NCBI GenBank assembly: GCA_021815445.1
Contig: JAKAGM010000001.1
Span: 67,447-131,446, forward strand
Direction of reading: 5' to 3'
Length of the DNA: 64,000 nucleotides
Source of the DNA: a bacterium
GTDB taxonomy: Bacteria > Patescibacteriota > Patescibacteriia > UBA10025
Part shown: piece after piece, positions 7,985 through 18,325 of the stretch
Layout: each line of letters begins with the position of its first letter
How positions within the stretch are numbered: the first letter of the stretch is position 1
Notes under the pieces: model-generated
The model's input: the letters and a program-made list of their open reading frames with translations, nothing else
Databases searched by the model: none
What the model was told of the DNA's origin: nothing
Made by a program: the position numbers and the translations under genes

Positions 7985-10753
7985 ATGGCCCAACCAGCGC
8001 CACAATCATATGTCCTGCTGACCTGCCCTGTCTGTTCCGGGAGCGGGCGAGAGGGCGGCAGGCGCTGTACCCGCTGCCAGGGAAAAGGAGAGGTTGCATG
8101 GCTCTCGGGAGAATATGTGTATTGGGGGCACGCGATAGACAGGCTCAGCATTCTCGAGGAAAAGATGGAGCGCATAGTCAAAGGCCTGATCAACGGCCTT
8201 CTCCTTGCTTTTGGCATTGCGGGGATTGTATTCGCTTTTTTAACTCTCGCTGTTTCCTTGAAAGCCGGTCATCTTCCGTGGCAGTTTCTCGCAGAGAGGA
8301 ACGGCTATATGGCTTTTTTTGCCTTAAGCCTCTTGACGGATCTGTATGCGTATTCACGGATAGACCGCGAATCGACAATGCGCCACTCAGTCAGGCGACG
8401 ATCGTATGAACTCGACGCCACGCTCGAGGAGCCCGATGCGCTGTTTACCCGCTGGGTAGACTCGCCGAAAGAGAACTCAGCTGATGCATCCGTCGCTTAC
8501 ACTCCGCAAGCTATCGCTGCGCTTGAACAGTCCTGGATTTTTGCCCAACGGATCAGACAGCAGACAGTCCACCCTCTCCATCTTTTTGGCACGCTCCTGT
8601 CGCATACGGACGTACGCGTGCTTCTGGGCCGTCTCGGCGTGGATACGCGAATCCTGGCTGAAAAGATAGCCCGTGAAATAGAGCGCTTGGAATTCGGATC
8701 ATCCACGGATACTGATCTGTCTCCAGGCATAAAGACGATTCTCCTCGCAGCGTACCGGGAGGCGTTTATGACGCGCAGGGAACGGGTTGATATTCTCCAG
8801 ATGCTTATTGCCGTAGTCGAGGCGGGGGGAGCTCCGCAGGAGATACTCTATGACATGGAAGTCGAACTCCAGCAAATTCGCAATGTCGCTGAATGGATAC
8901 TGATGCACAGGATAAGGATGGAGCGTAAAAGGACCTGGCAACGCCGGGCGGGCCACAAACCAAAAGGACCCGTCAACCGTGCGTACACGTCACTGGCCAC
9001 TCCATTGCTTGATCGTTTCAGCCATGACCTCACCCATTTGGCAGTTACCGGCTCGCTCCCGCTCTCTGTCGGCCGCGAAAAGGAGCTCGACGAGATTTTT
9101 CGAATCATTGAAGGGGGAAAAGGCAACCCTCTCCTTGTCGGCAATCCGGGCGTGGGCAAGGAAAGCATTCTCGAAAACATCGCGTCGCTCATGGCATCAG
9201 AAGAAGTCCCGGAGATTCTCCAGGACAAGCGTCTCATCTCGCTTTCCGTCGCCTCGCTCGTCGGCAGTTCCGGCCGCCAGGGCGAGCTCGAGGGGAGACT
9301 GATCCAGCTTGTCAATGAAATTGTCCGTGCAGGCAACATCGTCCTGGTGGTGGATAACCTCCAAAATATGGTCGGGGTGTCCACCGAAGGCGCGCAAAAC
9401 CTTGATATTGCCGATATTTTTGCCCAAGCGCTCGAAAAGCAGCTTTTGATCGCACTCGGCACGACGACCCCGCAGGACTATCGCAGGTATATCGAGACTT
9501 CGGGAAGTCTCATGAGAGTTTTCCAGCGCGTGGCTGTGGAAGAACCGGATGAAAATGAAACAATAAAAATTCTTGAAAGCAAAGTCGGATTTGTCGAATA
9601 CAAAAACGGCGTTATGTTTTCTTACAAAGCTCTGGAGCAGATAGTCCGCCTCGCGGGGCGCTATCTCCATGACAGGTTTCAGCCGGAAAAATCAATAGCT
9701 ATCATGGAAGAAGTCGGAGTGCACGTTAGAAAGAGGAAGGGCAAAAACGCTTTAGTGACAGCCGATGATGTCGCCGAAGTGGTTTCCTCGCGAACAAATG
9801 TTCCCGTGACCCGCGTGACGGAAAAAGAAAGCGAGAAGCTCCTCCATCTCGAACAGCGCATCCATCAACGCGTCATCGGGCAGGACGAAGCCGTCATTGC
9901 GGTATCGACGGCGCTCCGTCGCGCTCGGGCCGAGCTCCGCGATATCAAGCGTCCTATCGCCAACCTGCTTTTCCTCGGTCCGACGGGCGTCGGGAAAACA
10001 GAATTGGCAAAAACTGTCGCCGACGTGTATTTCGGGTCTGAGAACACGATGATCCGTCTCGATATGTCCGAGTACCAGGAACAATCGAGCATTAATCGGC
10101 TCATCGGAGCTCCTCCGGGGTACCGCGGAGAAACTGAGGGCGGGTTCCTGACCGAGAGCATCCGCGCGAACCCGTTTTCCCTCCTGCTCCTTGATGAGCT
10201 TGAAAAAGCCCACCCCGACATTCTTAACGTATTTTTGCAGGTCATGGATGACGGACGGCTCACCGATGCGACGGGGAGGACGGTTGACTTTACCAACACG
10301 ATCATCATAGCCACATCTAACGCGGGATCAGTCCGGATCCAGGAGGGTATCAAGTCGGGGCTCACTATCGAGCAAATAAAAGTTTCACTGGTCAATGAAG
10401 AGCTTAACCAGTATTTCAGGCCCGAATTCCTCAACAGATTCGACAGTGTGATAGTCTTCAGGCCCCTTACTTTTGACGAGATAGTGAAGATAGTCAGCCT
10501 GATGCTTGCCCAGGTCGCCGTCCGCCTCTCAGCAAAGGGCATTGCACTCCAGGCCTCCCCGGAAGCGATACAGGAATTAGCGCGCGTCGGATTTGATCCC
10601 GTCTTTGGCGCACGGCCGCTTCGCAGGGCTATCCAAGAGCGGGTGGATAATGCCCTCGCAAGCTATCTCCTGCAAGGAAAATTAGGCAGGCGGGATGTCG
10701 CTGTTCTCGAACCGGGCGGACAGATCCGGGTCGAGCGGGCGCGGGAGTTATAA
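7985..10753 (+). CDS. ClpA/B/C-family AAA+ ATPase with N-terminal Zn finger and TM helices
   Basis: Two CxxCxGxG repeats, two TM segments, Clp-N-like region, D1 GNPGVGKES, D2 GPTGVGKT, LLDELEK, FRPEFLNR and GARPLRR. Confidence 0.9.
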   Translation: MAQPAPQSYVLLTCPVCSGSGREGGRRCTRCQGKGEVAWLSGEYVYWGHAIDRLSILEEKMERIVKGLINGLLLAFGIAGIVFAFLTLAVSLKAGHLPWQFLAERNGYMAFFALSLLTDLYAYSRIDRESTMRHSVRRRSYELDATLEEPDALFTRWVDSPKENSADASVAYTPQAIAALEQSWIFAQRIRQQTVHPLHLFGTLLSHTDVRVLLGRLGVDTRILAEKIAREIERLEFGSSTDTDLSPGIKTILLAAYREAFMTRRERVDILQMLIAVVEAGGAPQEILYDMEVELQQIRNVAEWILMHRIRMERKRTWQRRAGHKPKGPVNRAYTSLATPLLDRFSHDLTHLAVTGSLPLSVGREKELDEIFRIIEGGKGNPLLVGNPGVGKESILENIASLMASEEVPEILQDKRLISLSVASLVGSSGRQGELEGRLIQLVNEIVRAGNIVLVVDNLQNMVGVSTEGAQNLDIADIFAQALEKQLLIALGTTTPQDYRRYIETSGSLMRVFQRVAVEEPDENETIKILESKVGFVEYKNGVMFSYKALEQIVRLAGRYLHDRFQPEKSIAIMEEVGVHVRKRKGKNALVTADDVAEVVSSRTNVPVTRVTEKESEKLLHLEQRIHQRVIGQDEAVIAVSTALRRARAELRDIKRPIANLLFLGPTGVGKTELAKTVADVYFGSENTMIRLDMSEYQEQSSINRLIGAPPGYRGETEGGFLTESIRANPFSLLLLDELEKAHPDILNVFLQVMDDGRLTDATGRTVDFTNTIIIATSNAGSVRIQEGIKSGLTIEQIKVSLVNEELNQYFRPEFLNRFDSVIVFRPLTFDEIVKIVSLMLAQVAVRLSAKGIALQASPEAIQELARVGFDPVFGARPLRRAIQERVDNALASYLLQGKLGRRDVAVLEPGGQIRVERAREL

Positions 10754-10820
10754 CTTTCACATAACACAAAAACCCCGCAAGGAGGATAAGGGTGTGTTTT
10801 GGGGTGGAGCCGAGGGAACC

Positions 10821-11207
10821 CTAAAGCGTGCTGGTGATTCCCGAGTAGACAAAGACGACAATAGCCCATGAAAGCAGCACAACCATAAGGCCGACCACCG
10901 CCCATTTGATGATCTCTTTTCCCTTTGTCACGCGCTGTTCATTGCCTGAGGAGGTCATCCACATAAAACCGCCCATGATGATCATCGCGACGGCGACAAG
11001 ACCGAGGAATCCGAGTGCGTATTGGATGATATTAATGGCAAGACTCCGGGCGTCGGTACTGGGTAAATTAAGGGTTTTTTGGTAATTGCTGCCGGGGTCG
11101 AACTCAATGGCCTCACTTGGCGCCAGCATGGCAAAAGTGAGGACAAAAAGGATGGCAAGACTCAACGCGATACTGATAATGTGAAAGTGTTTTTCCGGCC
11201 GTGGCAT
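10821..11207 (-). CDS. Pilin, TrbC/VirB2-like CPR type
   Basis: IIQYALGFLGLVAVAMIIMGGFMWMTSSGNEQRVTKGKEIIKWAVVGL signature; leaderless promoter TTGACC..TATACT. Confidence 0.85.
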   Translation of the reverse strand: MPRPEKHFHIISIALSLAILFVLTFAMLAPSEAIEFDPGSNYQKTLNLPSTDARSLAINIIQYALGFLGLVAVAMIIMGGFMWMTSSGNEQRVTKGKEIIKWAVVGLMVVLLSWAIVVFVYSGITSTL

Positions 11208-11345
11208 AGCTCTAGTATAAAGAAGGAAGCCGCCAATGGTCAATAGGTTCAGAAAGACAGGTTATATGCTGTTACGCGGCTTGACATTATGGCCGAGAAG
11301 GTATACGTTCCCGTGAAGACAGTACATTTCTGCCTGGAGGGAAAT

Positions 11346-11525
11346 ATGCGCATTGTCATCATATCTCTCGTGCCTGTATGTTCGGTCGTAGCTCTTCTTG
11401 CGCCTTATCACGAGACATTTGTGGCTTTCGCGATCGTTATTTTCATATTCGCTGGTATGGCCAATACCAAGCCACGAAATAGTGCTTTTTTCAGTTCGCT
11501 GTTCCGATCCATTTTCAGTCGATAG
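11346..11525 (+). CDS. Small 2-TM protein
   Basis: SD GGAGGG, TTGACA promoter at 11281, 59 aa hydrophobic ORF. Confidence 0.5.
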   Translation: MRIVIISLVPVCSVVALLAPYHETFVAFAIVIFIFAGMANTKPRNSAFFSSLFRSIFSR

Positions 11526-11650
11526 GGGTGCATTCGACGAAACTGATGAATGCTGCCACTCAGCCTCCTTAGTCCACTCGCCGATGCAACTTCGGTTCGG
11601 GCCCGCACAAAAATCCCCAACGTATGTTGGGATTTTTTATATTGTGGAAA

Positions 11651-11675
11651 TATCAGTGTGTTAACACATTGGTAC
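11651..11675. repeat. Palindromic element, copy 1
   Basis: TATCAGTGTGTTAACACATTGGTAC, matching the reverse complement of the copy at 13666. Confidence 0.75.
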
Positions 11676-11773
11676 ATATTATTTCCTATTCATTCCCAGT
11701 TGACGCCCCTGAGACCGGGTGCTAGGATTCCCTGAAGTTGTTCTTTCCACAATGCAAACAAAGGGAGCATACC

Positions 11774-12985
11774 ATGCATAAACGTATCGGCGGTGGCACG
11801 ATCGAAACTATCACTATCTCAGTCGATGGGAGACTTCAGCAGGTACCCGCGCGCGTCGGCCTTTTTGGGACCGGGATCTGCGTCATCCATGACGGTCCCC
11901 GAAACCTTGGTGTCCCATATTGGGAAAACCAGCTCGTCCATGAACTTCGTGAGGGAGGTGAAGAGGATCTCGCAGTTTTGTATACGCCTGACAACCTGGT
12001 CTATCAACGGATTCAATCGGTCTTTTCCGGGGTACGCCAGGCGCTGCGCATACTCGACGGCAACTACGGAGTTTCATTTGCTGCGGGGATGAAAGGGAGG
12101 CTGGTCGGGGCTGTCGCCACATTGAGAATGATCAATAGCGCGGCGACAGGACTGTGGACGACGACTATCGAAACTCAGATCGAAGGATTTCACAAACTGG
12201 TCGAAAGGCTCATCGGGCAGATCGGCACCCGGCCGACTGACTACCGGAAGCGGGAGGTATTAAAGATCGCCGAGGCGATCTCAGACGGGAAAGACAGCAC
12301 CGGCAGAGTCAACCAGACTGTCGTCATGGCCAAGTCTGTCGCCGGAATGAACCGCGTCGAATCAGTCATTGACGGCATCCTCAGTATCGAGCCAGTCATA
12401 GTCGCGCGGCAGCGTGCGTTCATCAACATGCTTCATCTTGCGGAGGGCGTCACGATTGGTGCAAGGGAATTTCTCGAAAAGCTCTTTGCGATGGAGAATG
12501 CTGCCATCTCGTCTGCCAAGCCCCAGATCGATTCAGCGCTTGGTTTCTACATTCAGGAGTTCACCGAGATGGACTTCTCGCCATATTTCCGGACTTTCTA
12601 CATGTGCGCCCGCGAATTCGGTGATGCGCAGAAGCACCTTCGGGAGGATCGCGTTGATGAAGCGCTTGCTGTGCTTCGCCAAAGCCTCGAGTCGCTCAAA
12701 ATCAGGGTTGTGCGAACCGATGTCGAACGCCTCCTCCTGGTGATCGAGCTTCACAGGATCAATCCTCGGGAACATAAGGTGGATATCCGCCATATTCACA
12801 GTACGCTTGGCGACGCGGTGAAGACACTGAGTGCCGTGAATGAAAGCGGTTTTGCCCTTCCGGTTACCGAAGAAGCGGTCAGGTCCCTTTCGTACGCACG
12901 AGAGCTTATAGCTACGGCGAACTCAGTGAGTTCGCTCAACGCGGAATTCGATCATACGGTTCGCGAGGGCATCAAACTTCTCTAA
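11774..12985 (+). CDS. Hypothetical, largely helical protein
   Basis: 403 aa ORF, SD AAGGGAG, followed by a terminator (AACTCCC/GGGAGTT plus T run). No family recognised. Confidence 0.7.
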   Translation: MHKRIGGGTIETITISVDGRLQQVPARVGLFGTGICVIHDGPRNLGVPYWENQLVHELREGGEEDLAVLYTPDNLVYQRIQSVFSGVRQALRILDGNYGVSFAAGMKGRLVGAVATLRMINSAATGLWTTTIETQIEGFHKLVERLIGQIGTRPTDYRKREVLKIAEAISDGKDSTGRVNQTVVMAKSVAGMNRVESVIDGILSIEPVIVARQRAFINMLHLAEGVTIGAREFLEKLFAMENAAISSAKPQIDSALGFYIQEFTEMDFSPYFRTFYMCAREFGDAQKHLREDRVDEALAVLRQSLESLKIRVVRTDVERLLLVIELHRINPREHKVDIRHIHSTLGDAVKTLSAVNESGFALPVTEEAVRSLSYARELIATANSVSSLNAEFDHTVREGIKLL

Positions 12986-13206
12986 TGTACATTCAAGTAG
13001 TAACTCCCTTCGGGGAGTTTTTTTATTCATGATGTATGAATTGATGAGAACACCAAAACATTTTTTTCCTCATCTTGACACTTATAATAAGGAGAAATAA
13101 GATGCTATTAATGCAGTTCTTTTCTATTTCGATCTCTATGTCAGCTGATTCCATTCAATCTTCGATAACCCTTTGATGGTACTGTCATGAAAAGGAGGAT
13201 CCGTGT

Positions 13207-13578
13207 ATGGATAGAGTAAGAAAGTCATTACTGGTGTCGGCAGTGGGCTTAATTGTGCTTGTCGGTGCGCTTGTGATCAAGAACCAGCCCGCGCCTCGCG
13301 CACTTGTGTGGGCGGGGACCATCTATCCGGTGATCACCGGGCTTATCACCCTGCTCTTTGCCAGGTATGAGCGCATGAGGGCAATGGCTTTCGTGGTGCT
13401 AGCTGGCGGCGCAGTGATGATGATCTGTGCGGCTACCCGAATGCAGGGTGAGTGGCAGTACTCAACCCTTGCGGTCGAAATTGTCGTTATGTCAATCGTG
13501 ACGTGGGCGATTCCGACTCAGGTCGTCGTACCCCGGTGGTCTGAGAATCTGCCGGATAGTCTCGACCATTGCTTCTAG
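13207..13578 (+). CDS. Small 4-TM membrane protein
   Basis: Hydrophobic segments; SD AAAGGAGG; TTGACA promoter near 13075. Confidence 0.65.
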   Translation: MDRVRKSLLVSAVGLIVLVGALVIKNQPAPRALVWAGTIYPVITGLITLLFARYERMRAMAFVVLAGGAVMMICAATRMQGEWQYSTLAVEIVVMSIVTWAIPTQVVVPRWSENLPDSLDHCF

Positions 13579-13665
13579 CCCCCGTGATCAACAATCGGAT
13601 CTTTCTCCCGATTTTTTCTTCAGGCGCAGCTTGAATGAAGGTTGGGAGTTTTTTTAATTTGTAGA

Positions 13666-13691
13666 GTACCAATGTGTTAACACACTGGTAC
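13666..13691. repeat. Palindromic element, copy 2
   Basis: GTACCAATGTGTTAACACACTGGTAC, a 26-bp near-perfect palindrome. Confidence 0.75.
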
Positions 13692-13852
13692 GTCTCATTT
13701 TTTTTACGGCATCGGCTGTTTATAGTCCACCGTACCCAAGTAGTATTGACATAACAACTTTCATATAATAAGGTTGGTGAACAAAATATCGCACATCGTC
13801 AATTTACGTACGACAAGATAACCAGTTGAATGTACAGGAAGGAGTATAAAGG

Positions 13853-14323
13853 ATGCAGAATCCGGAAATTGTTGTTGATGAGAAGGTAAGCAAGATTACC
13901 ATCCACCGTGTAGCTGACCGTCTCGGAATCGCCGCGGAGCTGTTCGGACGTCTGGGCGAGGAGGGACTGTGCGTCGGCATTATGACAGTCGGTGACATAA
14001 TCGATAGTCACACGGACATATCGATTATCGTGGCCGCGGATATCGCCGACAGTACGATGAAGGCGCTGGAAAGCATGCGTGAGGAGCTTGGAGCTTCCAC
14101 GGTCACTCGCAGCAACGACGCTGTGGCTATAAGCGTGCTTACCAAAAGCATGCATCAACCCGGTTTTGCGGGCCGTGTTTTTCGCGCGCTTACTGCCGCA
14201 AACGTCAGAATCGACATGATCACGGCGATGAAAGAAGGCATGACCTGCGTCATTGACGAACGATTTCAGGATACAGCTCTTGAGGCGCTCAGATTGGAGT
14301 TCCCGGAGGCAAAAGAATCCTGA
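13853..14323 (+). CDS. Stand-alone tandem ACT protein, aspartokinase beta-subunit-like
   Basis: KITIHRVADRLGIAAELF...DISIIV...SMHQPGFAGRVFRAL...VRIDMI...CVI matches the LysC C-terminal/beta subunit; no kinase domain. Confidence 0.8.
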   Translation: MQNPEIVVDEKVSKITIHRVADRLGIAAELFGRLGEEGLCVGIMTVGDIIDSHTDISIIVAADIADSTMKALESMREELGASTVTRSNDAVAISVLTKSMHQPGFAGRVFRALTAANVRIDMITAMKEGMTCVIDERFQDTALEALRLEFPEAKES

Positions 14324-14443
14324 TTGCGCCAGATCTCGACGGTGTTAAAATCGTTCTCCGCCCCCTCATTATGAGTGCGGGCTTTTTTTTGTGTAAGTGC
14401 GTTTGTAAGGATTAGCAAAAATCAGTATACTAAATGCATTCAT

Positions 14444-15838
14444 ATGCCAGAAACCACTATCATGGACAAGTTAATTTCCCTCTGCAAACGGAGAGGTTTC
14501 ATTTTCCCATCAGGTGAAATGTACGGCGGATTGCAGGGGTTCTGGGACTTCGGCCCTTTGGGGGTAGAGTTAAAAAACAACATCAAGCGCTCATGGTGGA
14601 AACGGTTTGTGCAGGAACGTGGAGACATAGTCGGCCAGGACGCGGCGATTATTACAAACCCAAAAGTATGGGAAAAGAGTGGTCATGTCGCAGGATTTCA
14701 TGACGCGTTAGTTGAATGTAAGAAATGTCATAAAAGATTTCGTAAGGAAGATTTTGATTCTATAAGTCAGTTCGATCATTACAAGAATGATATAAAAAGT
14801 AGGAAAAGTTTTTTATCGCAAATGAAATGTCCCTATTGTTTGGCTGAAGTACAAATAGGGAAAATTTTTACAGAACCTAAGAGCTTTAATCTAATGTTCA
14901 AGACGTTCGTTGGTCCGACAGAGGATACTGCCAGCGAGACGTATTTGCGCCCTGAAACGGCCCAGAATATTTTCGTTAACTTTGATACGGTGCGCCAGTC
15001 CATGCGGTTAAAGGTTCCTTTCGGAATTGGACAGATAGGTAAAGCATTCCGGAATGAAATAACCCCCGGCAATTTTATCTTCCGCTCGCGCGAATTCGAG
15101 CAAATGGAGATTGAATACTTTGTAAATCCGAAGGATGACGAAAAGTGGTTCAAAACGTGGGTTGATGCGAGCTACCAGTGGTTTACCGATTTAGGGCTCA
15201 AGAAAGAAAATCTGAGATTTTTTGAGCAGCCGAAAAAGGAGCTTGCCCACTATTCAAAAGCGACGACCGATATTGAATACAAGTTCCCGTTTGACAAAGG
15301 TTGGGCAGAGCTGATGGGTATTGCAAACAGGACTGATTACGATTTGAAAGCACATGGCCTGACGTACCGTGATGAAGTCTCCAAAGATGAGTTTGTGCCG
15401 TACGTCATTGAGCCGTCTGCGGGAGTAGACCGCGCGGCGCTGGCATTCCTACTGGATGCATACCATGAGGTTGAGGGCGGGCGGTCAACAACGACTGAAA
15501 GCAATAAGGAACAGGAAACCGTTCTCCGTCTGCACAAGGATTTGTCACCCGTAAAAGTTGCCGTTCTGCCGCTCTCGAAAAAGCAACAACTATCATCGGT
15601 GGCCCAGGGACTAGCCGAACAGCTTCGCAAAAAATTCACGACAGCGTATGACGAGGTGTCGTCCATCGGGCGCAGGTATCGCCGGCAGGATGAGATAGGC
15701 ACGCCGTATTGCGTTACAGTGGATTTTGACTCTTTGGAAGATAAAAAGGTCACGGTTCGTGATAGAGATACGATGAAACAGGATAGGGTTGCTACAGGGG
15801 AGCTAGTCGAATATCTAAGTGAAAAGTTGAACATATGA
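14444..15838 (+). CDS. glyQS: Glycine--tRNA ligase (homodimeric type)
   Basis: KRRGFIF, YLRPETAQ, FRNEITPGNFIFRSREFEQME, VIEPSAGVDR, IGRRYRRQDEIGTP. Confidence 0.97.
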   Translation: MPETTIMDKLISLCKRRGFIFPSGEMYGGLQGFWDFGPLGVELKNNIKRSWWKRFVQERGDIVGQDAAIITNPKVWEKSGHVAGFHDALVECKKCHKRFRKEDFDSISQFDHYKNDIKSRKSFLSQMKCPYCLAEVQIGKIFTEPKSFNLMFKTFVGPTEDTASETYLRPETAQNIFVNFDTVRQSMRLKVPFGIGQIGKAFRNEITPGNFIFRSREFEQMEIEYFVNPKDDEKWFKTWVDASYQWFTDLGLKKENLRFFEQPKKELAHYSKATTDIEYKFPFDKGWAELMGIANRTDYDLKAHGLTYRDEVSKDEFVPYVIEPSAGVDRAALAFLLDAYHEVEGGRSTTTESNKEQETVLRLHKDLSPVKVAVLPLSKKQQLSSVAQGLAEQLRKKFTTAYDEVSSIGRRYRRQDEIGTPYCVTVDFDSLEDKKVTVRDRDTMKQDRVATGELVEYLSEKLNI

Positions 15839-17106
15839 TTGTCAAAAGAACGAAGTTATCCAATGGGATGAAGGTGCTTTTTGTGCCCCTGCATGACACC
15901 GAGGCGGCGACGGCGTTGCTGCTGGTGAAAGTCGGATCGAGATATGAAACCAGGAAACTCAATGGCGTCTCTCATTTTATTGAACATCTGATGTTTAAAG
16001 GTACGGTGAAACGTCCGACGACGCTGGAAATCTCTCGGGAACTGGACGGCGTCGGCGCTGAGTATAACGCGTTCACGTCCAAAGACCATACCGGTTACTA
16101 CATCAAGCTCAGCTCAGAAAAGCTTGAGCTCGCACTCGACATTCTCTCCGACATGGTATTCCAGTCGACGTTTGATCCCAAGGAAATCGAACGAGAGCGG
16201 GGAGTGATTGTCGAGGAGATCAATATGTACGAGGACAACCCGATGATGTATACCGAAGACCTATTCGAGGAGACGGTCTTTGGCGACACGCCTCTCGGAT
16301 GGAAAATAGCCGGTCCGAGGGAAAATATCCGCTCTACAACCCGCGACGATATTCTGACTCTCCGCGACGCCTACCATGTGCCGTCGAATATGATCCTGGT
16401 GATTGCCGGTCGGTTGCCTGCAAATATCGCTTCTATGTCAAAAAAATATTTCAGCGTGCCAAAGATGAAAAAGCGCGGCAAACCGTTTGTACGGTACGGT
16501 CTCAGTCAGCATGCACCCCGTGCCGCTGTTCATTACAAGGACACTCATCAGGTGCAGATTGCGCTGGGGGTTCCGGCGTACTCGTATTATGATCCTCGAG
16601 TATATGCGCTCACTCTTCTTAGCGTCATCCTCGGCGGCAACATGAGTTCGCGGTTATTTATCTCAATCCGCGAACGGCAAGGGTTGTGTTACTTTATTCG
16701 CTCGACGGCGAACACGTATGAGGACGCGGGGACGTTTATGATCCAGGCGGGGATAGAGCGAAAGCGGATTAAGCATGCGATTACAGCGATTATTCAAGAA
16801 CTGTCGCTTATGAAGAAAAAAGGCGTAACTTCTGACGAGCTTGCGAAAGCAAAAGAGTTTTTGCGCGGAAAACTTATTTTGAGCCTTGAAGATTCGGAAA
16901 ATATCGCTTCGTGGGTCGGCAAACAACTGCTTTTCCGCAACACGGTCCTGAGCCCCGAACAGCAGCTCAAAAAAATCCAGCGCGTAACGGCAAAGCAAGT
17001 GCAAGTAGTTGCCCGGCAGCTTTTTACCGGCACTCGTCTGAACCTCGCCCTCATAGGCCCGTACCGGAAACCGGCCGAGTTCCGAAGACTTTTACGAATG
17101 TCCTAG
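15835..17106 (+). CDS. M16-family (pitrilysin-like) zinc peptidase
   Basis: HFIEH inverted zinc motif, NAFTS, GGNMSSRLF..IRE..GLCY. Confidence 0.93.
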   Translation: MIVKRTKLSNGMKVLFVPLHDTEAATALLLVKVGSRYETRKLNGVSHFIEHLMFKGTVKRPTTLEISRELDGVGAEYNAFTSKDHTGYYIKLSSEKLELALDILSDMVFQSTFDPKEIERERGVIVEEINMYEDNPMMYTEDLFEETVFGDTPLGWKIAGPRENIRSTTRDDILTLRDAYHVPSNMILVIAGRLPANIASMSKKYFSVPKMKKRGKPFVRYGLSQHAPRAAVHYKDTHQVQIALGVPAYSYYDPRVYALTLLSVILGGNMSSRLFISIRERQGLCYFIRSTANTYEDAGTFMIQAGIERKRIKHAITAIIQELSLMKKKGVTSDELAKAKEFLRGKLILSLEDSENIASWVGKQLLFRNTVLSPEQQLKKIQRVTAKQVQVVARQLFTGTRLNLALIGPYRKPAEFRRLLRMS

Positions 17107-17124
17107 CCGGTATATACTAGCTCT

Positions 17125-18192
17125 ATGGAAAAGAAAGACACTGCCATCAACGTAAACATCTCGTCGCTGACCATAGTCAAAATTCTGATTATCGGAATGC
17201 TTATATGGTTTCTCTACCTCGTGAGGGACGTGGTGCTGATTTTGCTCGTCGCTATCATTCTCGCTTCCGCGTTTAATCCGTGGGTCAATTGGCTCCAAGC
17301 CCGCAAGATACCCCGGGTACTCGGTGTTTTTATTATTTATCTCGCCGTGTTCGGTGTCATAAGTTTGTCCATCGGGCTGCTGATTCCTCCTCTCGCGGAA
17401 CAAATCCAGCAAATTTCACACAATTTCCCTCAATATTACCAGCGCATTACCACGGACTTTCAGAACTTCAAGGATTTTTCAATTTCCGGCGGTCTTCTCG
17501 GTAACATCAACAAGACGCTTGAATCGTTCCAGGTCAATATCGCCAACACGACTTCGGGATTTTTCTCTTCAGTTATCAGCGTCTTCGGCGGGTTCTTCGC
17601 GTTCATCGGCGTTGTAGTAATTACGTTCTATATGCTCGTCGAGGAGAATGCGATAAAGAGGTTTGTGCGCGCCATAGCTCCGGAGAATTACCAGCCGTAC
17701 CTTATCCTGTTATCCAATAAAATCCAGGATAAAATAAGCGAATGGCTCAAGGGGCAGCTCATCCTTCTCCTGATCATCGGGGCCATGTCGTATGTCGGAC
17801 TGCTCATTTTGGGCGTTGACTACGCTCTTGTTCTTGCCTTATGGGCGGGGCTTACGGAGTTTATCCCGTTCCTCGGGCCGTTTCTCGGCGCAATCCCCGC
17901 GGTATTTATCGCCTTTACCATCAGCCCGTTAAAAGCGTTGCTCGTCATCGGGCTGTACATCCTTATCCAACAGCTTGAAAATCATTTCATCGTGCCGCGG
18001 GTGATGTCCAAGGCTGTCGGCTTAAATCCGTTAATTATTATTATCATCATGCTTGTCGGGGCGAAACTCGCGGGTATCATCGGAATTATTTTGGCTGTCC
18101 CTGTGGCGCTCATGGTAGAGGTCTTTGTGAGGGATTTTTTCCAAAAGCGAGGGGCGGACCTGCCGCGCCAGATTGCCAAAGACATACAATAA
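17125..18192 (+). CDS. AI-2E family transporter
   Basis: FIPFLGP, IQQLENHFIVPRVM, GIIGIILAVP. Confidence 0.9.
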   Translation: MEKKDTAINVNISSLTIVKILIIGMLIWFLYLVRDVVLILLVAIILASAFNPWVNWLQARKIPRVLGVFIIYLAVFGVISLSIGLLIPPLAEQIQQISHNFPQYYQRITTDFQNFKDFSISGGLLGNINKTLESFQVNIANTTSGFFSSVISVFGGFFAFIGVVVITFYMLVEENAIKRFVRAIAPENYQPYLILLSNKIQDKISEWLKGQLILLLIIGAMSYVGLLILGVDYALVLALWAGLTEFIPFLGPFLGAIPAVFIAFTISPLKALLVIGLYILIQQLENHFIVPRVMSKAVGLNPLIIIIIMLVGAKLAGIIGIILAVPVALMVEVFVRDFFQKRGADLPRQIAKDIQ

Positions 18193-18325
18193 CGAGCAAG
18201 TAAAGGACCGTGTGGTTGACTCGGCGAAATGTTTTTGATACCTGTAAAAATAAGTTTGAGTTGGTGTATTTTTCGCTTACCTGAGCTTACGAATATCGCA
18301 ATATGTTCAAAAGAAAATAACTGCC

